From: an uncultured Thermoprotei archaeon | GTDB lineage: Archaea > Thermoproteota > Thermoprotei > Thermofilales > B15-G2 | Direction: 5' to 3' | Length of the DNA stretch: 64,000 bases | NCBI GenBank assembly: GCA_965367815.1 | Contig: CBDUKN010000004.1 | Coordinates: 1 to 64,000 of the forward strand | Shown here: piece after piece, positions 38,764-48,344 of the stretch | Numbering within the stretch: the stretch's first letter is position 1 | Layout: each line of letters starts with the position of its first letter | The notes under the pieces: model-generated | Databases searched by the model: none | What the model saw: the letters and a program-made list of their open reading frames with translations, nothing else | What the model was told of the DNA's origin: nothing | Translations under genes and position numbers: made by a program

Positions 38764-39978
38764 TCACCTTCTCCTTCTTCTTTTACCACGTTTCCTCCTC
38801 TTAGGTTTTTCTTCTTTACGAGGAGGTGGTCTTGCGTAGAGGGTCTTTATCTCTTCTATTCTCTTCCTCAGTTCTTCTTCAAGCATATCTGCTTTATATT
38901 CTCCCGTGAATGCGTCTATTCTAGCGGCAATTGCCAGCTTTGCTGCAAGAGCTCTTGCTATTTTTCCTCTTTGCCAGCGAGGACTTCTAAAGATATCTGG
39001 GTACTGGAAGATTACTCCGTGCTTTGGAGGTTTTCCTCCAGTTCTGAGAGCTCTAAACAGAGCTTTTTCTGCTCCTAAGACTTGTATAGTGCTTGCAGGT
39101 AACATGGCTAATTTCTTTAGTCCTCCTGCTAGGGCGATTAGTCTAGCTCCTAGTAGAGGTCCTACTAGTGCTCTTATGTTAGGTGCTACTTCTTTCATGG
39201 CTTCGTCTACGTACTCTGCTAGTTTTCTTCTAAGGCTGTAAAGGTCTAGCGCTATACTGGCTAGGCCTCTAATAGCCTCTAAGTCGAATTCGGTAATGTC
39301 TGCGCCCATGCTTTCTCTAGCTAGCTCTTCTATTTTTGCGGCTTTTCCAGACGGTATACCTAGCTCCATTAACTTTTCTTTGGTGATGTTATCTCTAGAG
39401 CCGATCTCCTTTATTATTTTGATGTACGTCTCGTGTTCTCTTATCATTTCGTCGAGTTCGGGGAAGTGAAGCCCATACCATTCTCTGAGTCTTGAGGCGT
39501 ATAGATTTATTGTCTTGTCCGTTTCATCTATAGCTGAGATCGCTTGAGCTATGAACAAGTCTCTTTTTTCAGCCTCCTCCTTGACCTTGTTCTTTGTCAG
39601 CTTAACTGAAATTTCATAAAGTAGTCGAAGGTAGTCACTATAATTTATTCCAATAGATTCGAGAATTTTTCTTTTCGATTTCCTGTAGAGGAGGCCTCCT
39701 TTGCTAGGAATTTCTGCAGAGAACGATATCTCGGGAAACATTCGAGCCAGGCTTCTGGCTAGGTTTTCATCTTCTAAAATTATTTCCTTTACACCCTTGG
39801 AAATAAGATTTTTGCACAGAGTTTTTATTTCATCTAGTACTTCTCCTTTCTCAAGCGACAGCAGTTTCTTTACTATACTCTCAGGGAATTTTCGGTCGTA
39901 AATTATTTTGTCTAAAACGTTTCCCTCATCATCTATTGCTAGTACTCCTACAATATCTTCGACTATGTAACATTTCAT
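38764..39978 (-). CDS. nop5: Box C/D sRNP protein Nop5 (Nop56/58)
   Basis: [31 protein letters not shown], basic tail. Confidence 0.97.
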   Translation of the reverse strand: MKCYIVEDIVGVLAIDDEGNVLDKIIYDRKFPESIVKKLLSLEKGEVLDEIKTLCKNLISKGVKEIILEDENLARSLARMFPEISFSAEIPSKGGLLYRKSKRKILESIGINYSDYLRLLYEISVKLTKNKVKEEAEKRDLFIAQAISAIDETDKTINLYASRLREWYGLHFPELDEMIREHETYIKIIKEIGSRDNITKEKLMELGIPSGKAAKIEELARESMGADITEFDLEAIRGLASIALDLYSLRRKLAEYVDEAMKEVAPNIRALVGPLLGARLIALAGGLKKLAMLPASTIQVLGAEKALFRALRTGGKPPKHGVIFQYPDIFRSPRWQRGKIARALAAKLAIAARIDAFTGEYKADMLEEELRKRIEEIKTLYARPPPRKEEKPKRRKRGKRRRRR

Positions 39979-40034
39979 TTCATCACCTAAAAATAGTTAG
40001 AAAGTTAAAATAAATATATTTAACTAACACTAGG

Positions 40035-40199
40035 CTAGTATCGTCTTCTTCCTCCAGCGAGGGCCGCGTAAAGTACTCGTCTTCTATAGTTTCTATAGTT
40101 ACGTCTGCGCGGAATTAGGTTCTTTTTAGGTTTCGGGGGTATCTTAGGTGTAGCATTTCTTACTTTACCAGCTTTAGTTAAGCTTCCGTGGCTAGGCAT
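40035..40199 (-). CDS. rps30e: 30S ribosomal protein S30e
   Basis: [19 protein letters not shown]. Confidence 0.95.
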   Translation of the reverse strand: MPSHGSLTKAGKVRNATPKIPPKPKKNLIPRRRNYRNYRRRVLYAALAGGRRRY

Positions 40200-40252
40200 A
40201 AGATACTGGTTGTGGCTCAATATATAAATCTTCCTTACTGTAACTCTCTACG

Positions 40253-41569
40253 ATGGAAAAATACGGAGGATACTCTCAAGAAATCATTGAAGTGTTTGAG
40301 AGAAAAAGCATCGACATATACGACAAAATAAGGATAGTGAAAAACGGGAAAGAGTACGTAGGACTGTTAATGCCTAGACCATTTTATGGAGATCCTCGCT
40401 GTATAGTCATAAAGTTGTCTAACGGATACAATATTGGTGTAGCGTTCGATGAAAAGACCAGAGTAGAGCTTCTTGAAAAGTCGGAGGGAGTGAGGAGCCC
40501 TACGCTTACCGCTGAAGAGCTTGAGAAAAGCTTGGGTGAAGTAGTGATAGTCAATACTGGAGGAACTATTTCCTCGAAAGTAGATTACCTTACAGGAGCT
40601 GTTTATCCTGCTTTTTCGACAAAAGATCTCTATGCAATGGTCCCTGAAATCAAGGACATAGCTTCCATTAGAGCTCGACCTCTCTTTAATATACTGAGCG
40701 AGGATATGACACCTAAACACTGGGAAACTATGGCTAAGGTGGCGTATGAAGAGTTCAAAAAGGGAGCTGTAGGAGTTATCTTTACTCACGGAACAGATAC
40801 TATGCATTTTTCGGCGGCAGCACTCGCTTTTGCTGTACAAAGAGCGAGCGGGCCTATAGTATTTGTGGGTGCTCAACGTTCTCCCGACAGGCCTTCCTCG
40901 GATGCGTTCCTGAACTTGCTGTCAGCTGTCATTACAGCTAAGAAAGCACCTTTTGCTGAATCAGTTATAGTAATGCATGGAGAGAGCAGCGATACATACT
41001 GTTATGTGCATAGAGGAGTTAAGGCAAGAAAGCTGCATACGAGCCGCAGGGACGCATTTAAGAGCGTGAACGATATGCCTATAGCCAAGGTTGAAAATGG
41101 AAAAGTAGTAGTTATAAACGATAGATATATTTTTAGAGAAAAAACAGCGAATAATATTGTTCTCAAACCAAAGTTCGACGGCCGTGTTCTCCTGATAAAA
41201 GTATATCCTGGATGCAGCCCTGAAATTATCAGATGGGCCATAGATTCTAAGTATCACGGAATAGTACTTGAGGCTACAGGTTTAGGACACGTGCCTCAGC
41301 CTATGGTGAAGTATGTTGAGGAGGCGGTTGCCGAAGGTATACCTGTAGCTGTGACAAGCCAGTGCATCTGGGGGCGAGTTAACTTGAATGTTTATAGGCG
41401 TGGAGTAGAACTAATTAAAGCTGGTGCAATACCTTGTGAAGATATGACACCCGAGACAGCACTAGTTAAGCTTATGTGGATATTAGCTCAAACAAGGGAT
41501 TTAGAGGAAGTGAGAGAACTCATGTTGAGGAACTTTGTCTACGAGATTAATGAAAGACTTGGACTCTAG
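40253..41569 (+). CDS. gatD: Glu-tRNA(Gln) amidotransferase subunit D
   Basis: KLSNGYNIG N-domain, TGGTISS, HGTDT, HTSRRDAF. Confidence 0.96.
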   Translation: MEKYGGYSQEIIEVFERKSIDIYDKIRIVKNGKEYVGLLMPRPFYGDPRCIVIKLSNGYNIGVAFDEKTRVELLEKSEGVRSPTLTAEELEKSLGEVVIVNTGGTISSKVDYLTGAVYPAFSTKDLYAMVPEIKDIASIRARPLFNILSEDMTPKHWETMAKVAYEEFKKGAVGVIFTHGTDTMHFSAAALAFAVQRASGPIVFVGAQRSPDRPSSDAFLNLLSAVITAKKAPFAESVIVMHGESSDTYCYVHRGVKARKLHTSRRDAFKSVNDMPIAKVENGKVVVINDRYIFREKTANNIVLKPKFDGRVLLIKVYPGCSPEIIRWAIDSKYHGIVLEATGLGHVPQPMVKYVEEAVAEGIPVAVTSQCIWGRVNLNVYRRGVELIKAGAIPCEDMTPETALVKLMWILAQTRDLEEVRELMLRNFVYEINERLGL

Positions 41570-41578
41570 GATGAGACT

Positions 41579-43477
41579 ATGGAGGATTTAGGGCTTAAGG
41601 TTGGAATAGAATTTCACCAAATGCTAGATACGAAGGAAAAGTTATTCTGCAGCTGTCCTACATCTCTAGTCAAGGAATTTAAAGGGCCTGTAGTCAGGCG
41701 CAGACTAAGAGCTACTCGCAGTGAGCTGGGAGAAGTGGACAGAGCAGCTATGCTCGAGGAAATTAGAGGAAGAGAGTATGTGTATGAGGCTCCTTGCGAA
41801 GCTTCGTGTCTTGTAGAGTTAGATGAAGAACCTCCTCATAGTATTAACCGAGAAGCCTTAGAAATAGCCTTAAAAATAGCTTTAGCGCTACACGCAGACC
41901 CTGTAGACGAGATTCATGTTATGAGAAAAATAGTTATTGACGGGTCAAACACGACAGGATTTCAGAGGACAGCGCTAATAGCCTTAGGAGGGTACATAGA
42001 CATAGGGCACAAAAAAGTGCCTATACAGACGATATGTCTTGAAGAAGATGCTGCGAGAAAAATCTCCGAGAGTGAGAAAGAAGTAGTGTATAGACTAGAT
42101 CGCCTCGGAATACCCCTAATAGAAATTGCTACAGCGCCTGTCATTACTTCTCCTAAAGAAGCAGAACTTGTTGCAGCAAAAATAGGTCAGCTTCTCAGAG
42201 TAATAGGTGGCGTGAAAAGAGGTCTCGGCACAATAAGACAAGATCTTAATATATCCATTAAAGGGGGAGGACTTGTTGAAATAAAGGGCGTGCAGTACTT
42301 GGAGCTTATACCCAAGGTAGTTAAGTACGAGGTAATGCGACAAGTAAACTTGCTCAAAATAAAGGAGGAACTCCAGGAAAGAGGTGTTGATTTAACTAAG
42401 GTCAAGATAAATATTGTTGATGTAACAGATATCTTCAAGGAAACTGGCTGTAAAATAATAAAAAATGCAATTAAGCGCGGCGGTCGGGTATTAGCGGGTC
42501 TCCTTCCTGGACTTAAGGGAATACTTGGAAGAGAAATTCAGCCTGGAAGACGTGTAGGCACAGAGCTAGCAGACTATGCAAGAGTATGGGGAGGGGTCAA
42601 GGGGATATTCCACTCGGATGAGCTTCCAAAGTACGGTATTACGGCAGATGAAGTAGCAAAAGTATTTTCTGCTCTAAAAGGAGACCCTGAGAAAGACGCA
42701 TTTGTGATAGTTGCAGACAAAGAAGACAAAGCTAGAAGAGCTCTGCAGGCAGTTGTTGAAAGAGCTAAGCTCCTGTCAGTATGTATTCCTTCTGAAACTA
42801 GAGGAGCGAATCCTGATGGAACAACACACTACAGCAGACCTAGACCTGGTGCCGCTAGAATGTATCCCGAAACAGATATCAGGCCTGTGAGAATTTCTTC
42901 AAAGTGGCTTGAAGAGCTGAAAAAACAGCTTCCAGAGCCTCCTGAGGTAAAGTTCAAGAAGTTTGTCGAAGAATACGGCCTGAGCGAAGAGTTAGCGCGT
43001 AAGATACTCTTGTCATATAGACTTGACTTATTTGAAAAATTGGTGAAAAAGTATCCACGAGTATCTCCTACATTAATAGCTTCAACAATAGAGAATATTC
43101 TCAAGAGCTTGAGAAGGGACGGAGTTCCAGTGGAAAACATTACTGATGAACATATTGAAGAAATATTCGAAAAAGTAAGCAAAAACTTGTTAGCTAAAGA
43201 GAGTATACCTGATGTATTGAAGTACCTAGCTGAGAATCCTGATTCAAGTGTCTCTGATGCAATAGAAAAGCTCGGTTTATTCAAGGTAACGGAGGATGAA
43301 GTGAGAAACTATGTCAAAGAAGTGATAGCTAAGTTCTCGGAGGGAATCAAGAAAAGAGGTTCTAAAGCAGACAAGCTTATAATGGGAATAGTTATGAAGA
43401 AATATAGAGGTAAGCTCGATGGAGCAATTATATACAAAATAGTCAAAGAAGAGCTAGAGCATTATCTACATCTTTAA
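41579..43477 (+). CDS. gatE: Glu-tRNA(Gln) amidotransferase subunit E
   Basis: HQML, MRKIVIDGSNTTGFQRT, LEEDA, RGLGTIRQD, RMYPETD. Confidence 0.96.
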   Translation: MEDLGLKVGIEFHQMLDTKEKLFCSCPTSLVKEFKGPVVRRRLRATRSELGEVDRAAMLEEIRGREYVYEAPCEASCLVELDEEPPHSINREALEIALKIALALHADPVDEIHVMRKIVIDGSNTTGFQRTALIALGGYIDIGHKKVPIQTICLEEDAARKISESEKEVVYRLDRLGIPLIEIATAPVITSPKEAELVAAKIGQLLRVIGGVKRGLGTIRQDLNISIKGGGLVEIKGVQYLELIPKVVKYEVMRQVNLLKIKEELQERGVDLTKVKINIVDVTDIFKETGCKIIKNAIKRGGRVLAGLLPGLKGILGREIQPGRRVGTELADYARVWGGVKGIFHSDELPKYGITADEVAKVFSALKGDPEKDAFVIVADKEDKARRALQAVVERAKLLSVCIPSETRGANPDGTTHYSRPRPGAARMYPETDIRPVRISSKWLEELKKQLPEPPEVKFKKFVEEYGLSEELARKILLSYRLDLFEKLVKKYPRVSPTLIASTIENILKSLRRDGVPVENITDEHIEEIFEKVSKNLLAKESIPDVLKYLAENPDSSVSDAIEKLGLFKVTEDEVRNYVKEVIAKFSEGIKKRGSKADKLIMGIVMKKYRGKLDGAIIYKIVKEELEHYLHL

Positions 43478-43987
43478 GAGGCTTTCTATTTCGCTTCTCA
43501 GCTTAATATAAGTTATTTCGTCTATTTCTCCACGTTTTTTCATTTCTTCAAGCATTTTAAGTTTCTTAACTAAATCTTCCTTCTTTTCTATTCTAATAAT
43601 ACCAATTCTACTTAAATGTTTTCTTATAATATCATTGTAATTGCTGAGCTTTAAGCTTAAGTAGTCTATTACTGATTTAATTTTATTAATTTCCTTATCT
43701 AGCTCTTCTATTTTCTTTGCGGCTTCTTCCTCAGAAATTATACCTATGCTGCTGTTGATAGCAGTCTCTATTTTCATATTATTGTAAAACTCTATAATGC
43801 CTTTTAGAGAATTTATTTCAGCTTCTATTTCTTTTGATTTTTTGATCCAGTATTCATTTATTTGCTGTACAAATGACTTATACTCATTCCACACTTTCTC
43901 CGCTTTTTCTAGTTCGACCTCAAGTTTCTTAAATTCATTATCGTATTTCTTTTTTAAGGCTTCTAATTCTTCAAACTCTCTCATCAT
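43466..43987 (-). CDS. Coiled-coil protein, CdvA-like core plus C-terminal SHOCT-like motif
   Basis: IGIISEEEAAKKIEEL core; LKMLEEMKKRGEIDEITY tail. Confidence 0.6.
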   Translation of the reverse strand: MMREFEELEALKKKYDNEFKKLEVELEKAEKVWNEYKSFVQQINEYWIKKSKEIEAEINSLKGIIEFYNNMKIETAINSSIGIISEEEAAKKIEELDKEINKIKSVIDYLSLKLSNYNDIIRKHLSRIGIIRIEKKEDLVKKLKMLEEMKKRGEIDEITYIKLRSEIESLLKM

Positions 43988-43994
43988 AATCTAC

Positions 43995-44729
43995 CTAACC
44001 TGCTTTTTCTATATTTTTTAAATGATATTCAAGAATTCTCTTTATTTTCTCATAATATTCTTTTGATATTTTTCCTGACTTGTATAGCTCTTCAAGCTTA
44101 GCTAGTTCTTCTTTTAGTTTAGGAATGTTTGCTTTAATATAGTGTACTACTATTCTCTTTTCGTGAGGTTCTATTAATTTCTGTATTGTGTCGACTTTTT
44201 CTGAAATTTCTTTATGCTTATTTCTCAGCTCCTCGATTCTTGCTTCAAGATGCTTGACTAGTTTCTCTGCTGTTTCTTTATCAATCATTTCTAGCTTGAG
44301 CTTAGCTCCTATTTCTCTTATTTCAGACAAGTATCCTCCTATGAGACCTTCTATTCTAGTAAGCTCTTTGAGTGCGTTGTCCCTTAGGTAGAACCATTTT
44401 TTGAGAACTTGTTGTGCTGCTTTTTCATAGGCAGACCAGTAAACATTGAGTTTTCTTAAGTCTTCCTCGAGTTGCGATAGCGAATTAACAATTGATGCGG
44501 CATAGTCTGGCAATGTAGGTGCTTGTGTTTCAATAGCTTCTCTTTTTGGTGCAACCGGCTGTGCTTTTGAGATCTCTTTTTTCTTTTTAGTCCTATATTC
44601 GGTAAATATGGGGCATTCAAAAAAATTACCCAGGCAGGGATAAGCAACAGGATCTACAAGCGACTTTGTATAACTGCAGATAAAGTTCCCTTTATTATCC
44701 CTATAAAGTGCAGGACATACAGATGACAT
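43995..44729 (-). CDS. Cys4 N-domain + CdvA-like coiled coil + SHOCT-like tail; paralog of the downstream gene
   Basis: CP-x12-C-x13-C-x6-CP; LEMIDKETAEKLVKHL core; LAKLEELYKSGKISKEYY tail. Confidence 0.6.
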   Translation of the reverse strand: MSSVCPALYRDNKGNFICSYTKSLVDPVAYPCLGNFFECPIFTEYRTKKKKEISKAQPVAPKREAIETQAPTLPDYAASIVNSLSQLEEDLRKLNVYWSAYEKAAQQVLKKWFYLRDNALKELTRIEGLIGGYLSEIREIGAKLKLEMIDKETAEKLVKHLEARIEELRNKHKEISEKVDTIQKLIEPHEKRIVVHYIKANIPKLKEELAKLEELYKSGKISKEYYEKIKRILEYHLKNIEKAG

Positions 44730-44889
44730 TCCTACCTTTTAATTTTATCTAAGGCTTATATTTCTAACTTTAACTCAAAGGTATAAGTAGGACTTAGCTG
44801 GGGCTGAAGCTGTTAAAAGAGGGATATTTAGAGTGACTAAGAGGGCTCAATATTTAAGTGGGTGCCGTTTTAGTTAGTTAGGACTAATT

Positions 44890-45615
44890 ATGCTGATAGT
44901 TGCGGTGGGAGACGTACATGCTCCAAAATATTTCAAAGAATTTTTATCTGCACTGAGCAGAGTTAATTGGTCTGGGAGTAACGCGTTAGTTCTGCTAGCT
45001 GGAGACCTAGTAGATAAAGGCAAAATAGAGTTCATGAAGCCTGTTATTAAAGCTATTCATAGCAGCATTAATGGCGTCATTATAGGTATTTTTGGTAATG
45101 AAGAGTATGACTCACTAAAAGACAAAATAAGAAGCGAGTACAACAGTATAATATGGCTTGATGATGAAGTTTATTACTACGAACACGAGGACTCCAAGAT
45201 AGCTATTATAGGGTCTAGAGGAGTTCTCGATAAACCTACACTTTGGCAAAGACGAAATATACCTAATATAGAGGAAGTATACGCTGAAAGGTTGGAAAAA
45301 ATAGAATACCTGTTGAAAAAAGTGCCTCTGGGATATACTATAATTCTTTTGACACATTACGCGCCAACATACTTAACTTTAGAGGGAGAAGACAAGAGAA
45401 TATGGCCTATGCTCGGGTCTAAACGTTTAGAGAAACTGCTTTTAAAGTATCAGCCTAAGCTCGCTATTCATGCACATGCGCATAAGTCGACGCGACATGA
45501 AGCCTATGTAAAGTCTACGCAAGTTATTAATGTATCCTTTCCAGCTAGGCGTAGCATAGTTACTATGAATTTAAAGCGCCAAGATAGTGGACTGGAAAGA
45601 TTTTTATTTAAATGA
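44890..45615 (+). CDS. Calcineurin-like metallophosphoesterase
   Basis: GDVH, AGD, GNEE, THY, HAH motifs. Confidence 0.9.
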   Translation: MLIVAVGDVHAPKYFKEFLSALSRVNWSGSNALVLLAGDLVDKGKIEFMKPVIKAIHSSINGVIIGIFGNEEYDSLKDKIRSEYNSIIWLDDEVYYYEHEDSKIAIIGSRGVLDKPTLWQRRNIPNIEEVYAERLEKIEYLLKKVPLGYTIILLTHYAPTYLTLEGEDKRIWPMLGSKRLEKLLLKYQPKLAIHAHAHKSTRHEAYVKSTQVINVSFPARRSIVTMNLKRQDSGLERFLFK

Positions 45616-45630
45616 AGATAGCTATAGAGT

Positions 45631-45680
45631 GTGATGACGCAAGCTCGCGGCTGAAAAATGATGTAGCCTTCGAATACTGA
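45631..45680 (+). ncRNA. Box C/D methylation guide sRNA
   Basis: C GTGATGA - 13 nt - D' CTGA - AAA - C' ATGATGT - 12 nt - D CTGA, entirely intergenic. Confidence 0.85.
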
Positions 45681-45682
45681 TT

Positions 45683-47329
45683 TTAGTTAAAAGGTGATGG
45701 CTTGCCTGTGCTTCTGTATAGGCATGCTTTAACAAAGCCAAGGAACACTGGGCTAGGTTTAAGCGGGCGGCTCTTATACTCCGGGTGAGCCTGAGTGCCT
45801 AAGAAGAAATAGTGTCTTGGAAGTTCTATGAACTCTACTCTACGCTTGTCTACACTCCATCCCGAGAACACGAGACCTTTTTCTTGTAAAATTCTCCAGT
45901 AAGATGGATTTACTTCATATCTGTGTCTGTGTCGTTCAAATATTACTTGTTCTCCATAAAGCTTGTAAGCTAATGAGCCCTTGACTAAAATAGACGCCTG
46001 AGCTCCTAGTCTCATAGTGCCTCCTTTCTCCTTTACGTTCAGCTGTTCGGGAAGAAGGTCTATTACAGGATGAGGTGTCTCCGGATCTATTTCAGTACTA
46101 TTAGCTTTTTTCAGACCTATAACATTTCTTGCAAATTCTACTACGGCTAGCTGCATGCCGAAGCATATTCCTAGGAAAGGTATGTTGTTTTCTCTTGTTA
46201 TTCGAATGGCTTCAATTTTTCCTTCAGCTCCTCTAGCGCCGAATCCAGGTAAGGCTAATACACCGTCACTTTTCTTTATTTTTTCAACTATCTTTTCCTT
46301 TTCTTTGTTTTCTTTTTCAAGAAGTTCTGCTTCAATCCATATTAAATTGACTTTTGTCTTTAGCTTAGCTCCAGCATGATTGAGGGCCTCTATTATACTT
46401 ATGTACGAGTCCTTAAGTTTAGTGTATTTTCCGCACATAATTACGTTTACTTGGTACTCAGGGTTTAGGAGCGAGTTTATGAATCCACACCATAGAGTCC
46501 AGTCAGGTGTTTTCTTAGGCTTTAAGTGAAGTCTTCTGCAGATGTAATCTCCAATACCTTGTTTGTCGAGTATCAGTGGGACTTCGTATACTGTCCTTAC
46601 GGTGTATGAGGTGAATACAGCGGACGGTGGTACATTGCCGAAAAGCGCTATTTTTTGTTTAGCTTCTTCTTCAAGAGGTTTGTCGCATCTGGCAATAATA
46701 ATATCTGGCTGAATGCCTATGCGTCTTAGTTCATTAACACTGTGTTGCAGAGGTTTAGTTTTTTGCTCGCCTGTAACCGAAAGTATTGGGACTAAAGCTA
46801 CATGGACGAAAAGAGTATTATCGTATCCTTCTTCGAGTCTCATTTGACGGATGGCTTCAAGAAAAGGTAAGCCTTCTATGTCTCCTACAGTGCCGCCTAT
46901 TTCGACTATAACTATTTCGGCGCCGCTGTGTTCTCCTACATTTCTTATTCTCCTTTTAATCTCGTCTGTTATATGTGGGATTATCTGAACACATTTTCCT
47001 AAGTAGTCTCCTCTTCTTTCTCTCATTATTACTGATAAATATACTTGACCTGTTGTAATATTGTGTTCTTTAGACAAATATAGGTCTAGAAACCGCTCGT
47101 AGTGTCCTAAGTCTAAGTCTGTTTCACCTCCGTCTTCTGTAACAAAAACTTCTCCGTGCATGTATGGGTTCATTGTTCCGGCATCGACGTTGATATAGGG
47201 ATCTATTTTGACTAAAGTTACATCGAATCCTCGTTTCTTTAGGATAAGTCCTATCGATGAGGCTACAATACCCTTTCCAACAGAGCTCAGAACACCGCCT
47301 GTAATGAAAATGTATTTCCTAGGAGGCAT
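45683..47329 (-). CDS. pyrG: CTP synthase
   Basis: [43 protein letters not shown]. Confidence 0.97.
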   Translation of the reverse strand: MPPRKYIFITGGVLSSVGKGIVASSIGLILKKRGFDVTLVKIDPYINVDAGTMNPYMHGEVFVTEDGGETDLDLGHYERFLDLYLSKEHNITTGQVYLSVIMRERRGDYLGKCVQIIPHITDEIKRRIRNVGEHSGAEIVIVEIGGTVGDIEGLPFLEAIRQMRLEEGYDNTLFVHVALVPILSVTGEQKTKPLQHSVNELRRIGIQPDIIIARCDKPLEEEAKQKIALFGNVPPSAVFTSYTVRTVYEVPLILDKQGIGDYICRRLHLKPKKTPDWTLWCGFINSLLNPEYQVNVIMCGKYTKLKDSYISIIEALNHAGAKLKTKVNLIWIEAELLEKENKEKEKIVEKIKKSDGVLALPGFGARGAEGKIEAIRITRENNIPFLGICFGMQLAVVEFARNVIGLKKANSTEIDPETPHPVIDLLPEQLNVKEKGGTMRLGAQASILVKGSLAYKLYGEQVIFERHRHRYEVNPSYWRILQEKGLVFSGWSVDKRRVEFIELPRHYFFLGTQAHPEYKSRPLKPSPVFLGFVKACLYRSTGKPSPFN

Positions 47330-47390
47330 ATTTCATAATGTTATAGCATGAAATAAGTTTATCTTTTGAGAAGAACAATATACCACAGTC

Positions 47391-48287
47391 ATGAAACATG
47401 TATTGGAAGCCTTGAAAAAACTCACAGAGAAAGATCACCGCATACTTGTGGCAATAGAGCATGGTATGAGTAAACATGAATATGTTCCTGTGAAGTTTAT
47501 TTCTAATTTCACAGGGCTGAGCGAGGAATACGTGCTCGAGAGGCTTAAGTATATTCGGAAGTTCAAGCTAGTTAAAAGAACAGGGGTTCCTTACATCGGA
47601 TATGTACTGACTTACAAGGGCTACGATTTTTTGGCACTTAAGGCTCTTCGAGAGCAGAGTACTTTGAAGGCAATTTCTCTAAAGCCTCTAGGGATAGGAA
47701 AGGAAGCTGATGTGCATGAAGGAGTAACGTTTTCTGATGAGCGTGTCGCAGTTAAATTTCACAGAATAGGTAGAACAAGTTTTCGTAAAACTAGAAAATA
47801 TAGAACATATGTCGGGGAAAGACGGCATATTTCTTGGCTATATCAATCTAGGCTGGCTGCAACTAAGGAGTTTGAAGCGCTTGTAATGGCTTTTCCCAAA
47901 GGAATTTGTTGCCCTAGACCTATATCGCATAATAGACATGTAGTAGTTACTTCAGTTATAGATGGAGTATTATTAAAAGAAGTCCCTCCTCTAGAAGATC
48001 CTGAAGAAGTAGCCTACGAGATTTTAGAAAATATAAAAAAGCTATGGAAAGATGTTGAAATAGTCCATGGTGATTTAAGTGAATATAATATAATGATTAC
48101 TGAAGATGAAAAAATATTGATAATTGATTGGCCTCAATGGGTTTCAAAATATCATCCAAGCGCATATATGCTTCTCAAAAGAGATGTAGAAAATATAGTG
48201 AAGTTCTTTAAACGTAAATACAGAGTGACACTTAACGGAGAAAGTTTTCTAGAAGAGGTAGTTAAAGAAGAAAATGAGAAAATTTAA
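47391..48287 (+). CDS. rio2: RIO2-type Ser/Thr kinase
   Basis: N-terminal wHTH (GYDFLAL), GIGKEADV, KFHRIGRTSF, HGDLSEYNI, IDWPQ. Confidence 0.94.
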   Translation: MKHVLEALKKLTEKDHRILVAIEHGMSKHEYVPVKFISNFTGLSEEYVLERLKYIRKFKLVKRTGVPYIGYVLTYKGYDFLALKALREQSTLKAISLKPLGIGKEADVHEGVTFSDERVAVKFHRIGRTSFRKTRKYRTYVGERRHISWLYQSRLAATKEFEALVMAFPKGICCPRPISHNRHVVVTSVIDGVLLKEVPPLEDPEEVAYEILENIKKLWKDVEIVHGDLSEYNIMITEDEKILIIDWPQWVSKYHPSAYMLLKRDVENIVKFFKRKYRVTLNGESFLEEVVKEENEKI

Positions 48288-48344
48288 TTTTTAAACTAGA
48301 GTATAATTTTTAAATTCCCTTAGGTCACTATTAACGGTAGGACT

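Noticed and set aside
39976-39990. GTGATGA (box C-like) in the nop5 leader as an L7Ae K-turn
   Set aside because: Fully explained by a GGTGA Shine-Dalgarno; no partner D box or stem found
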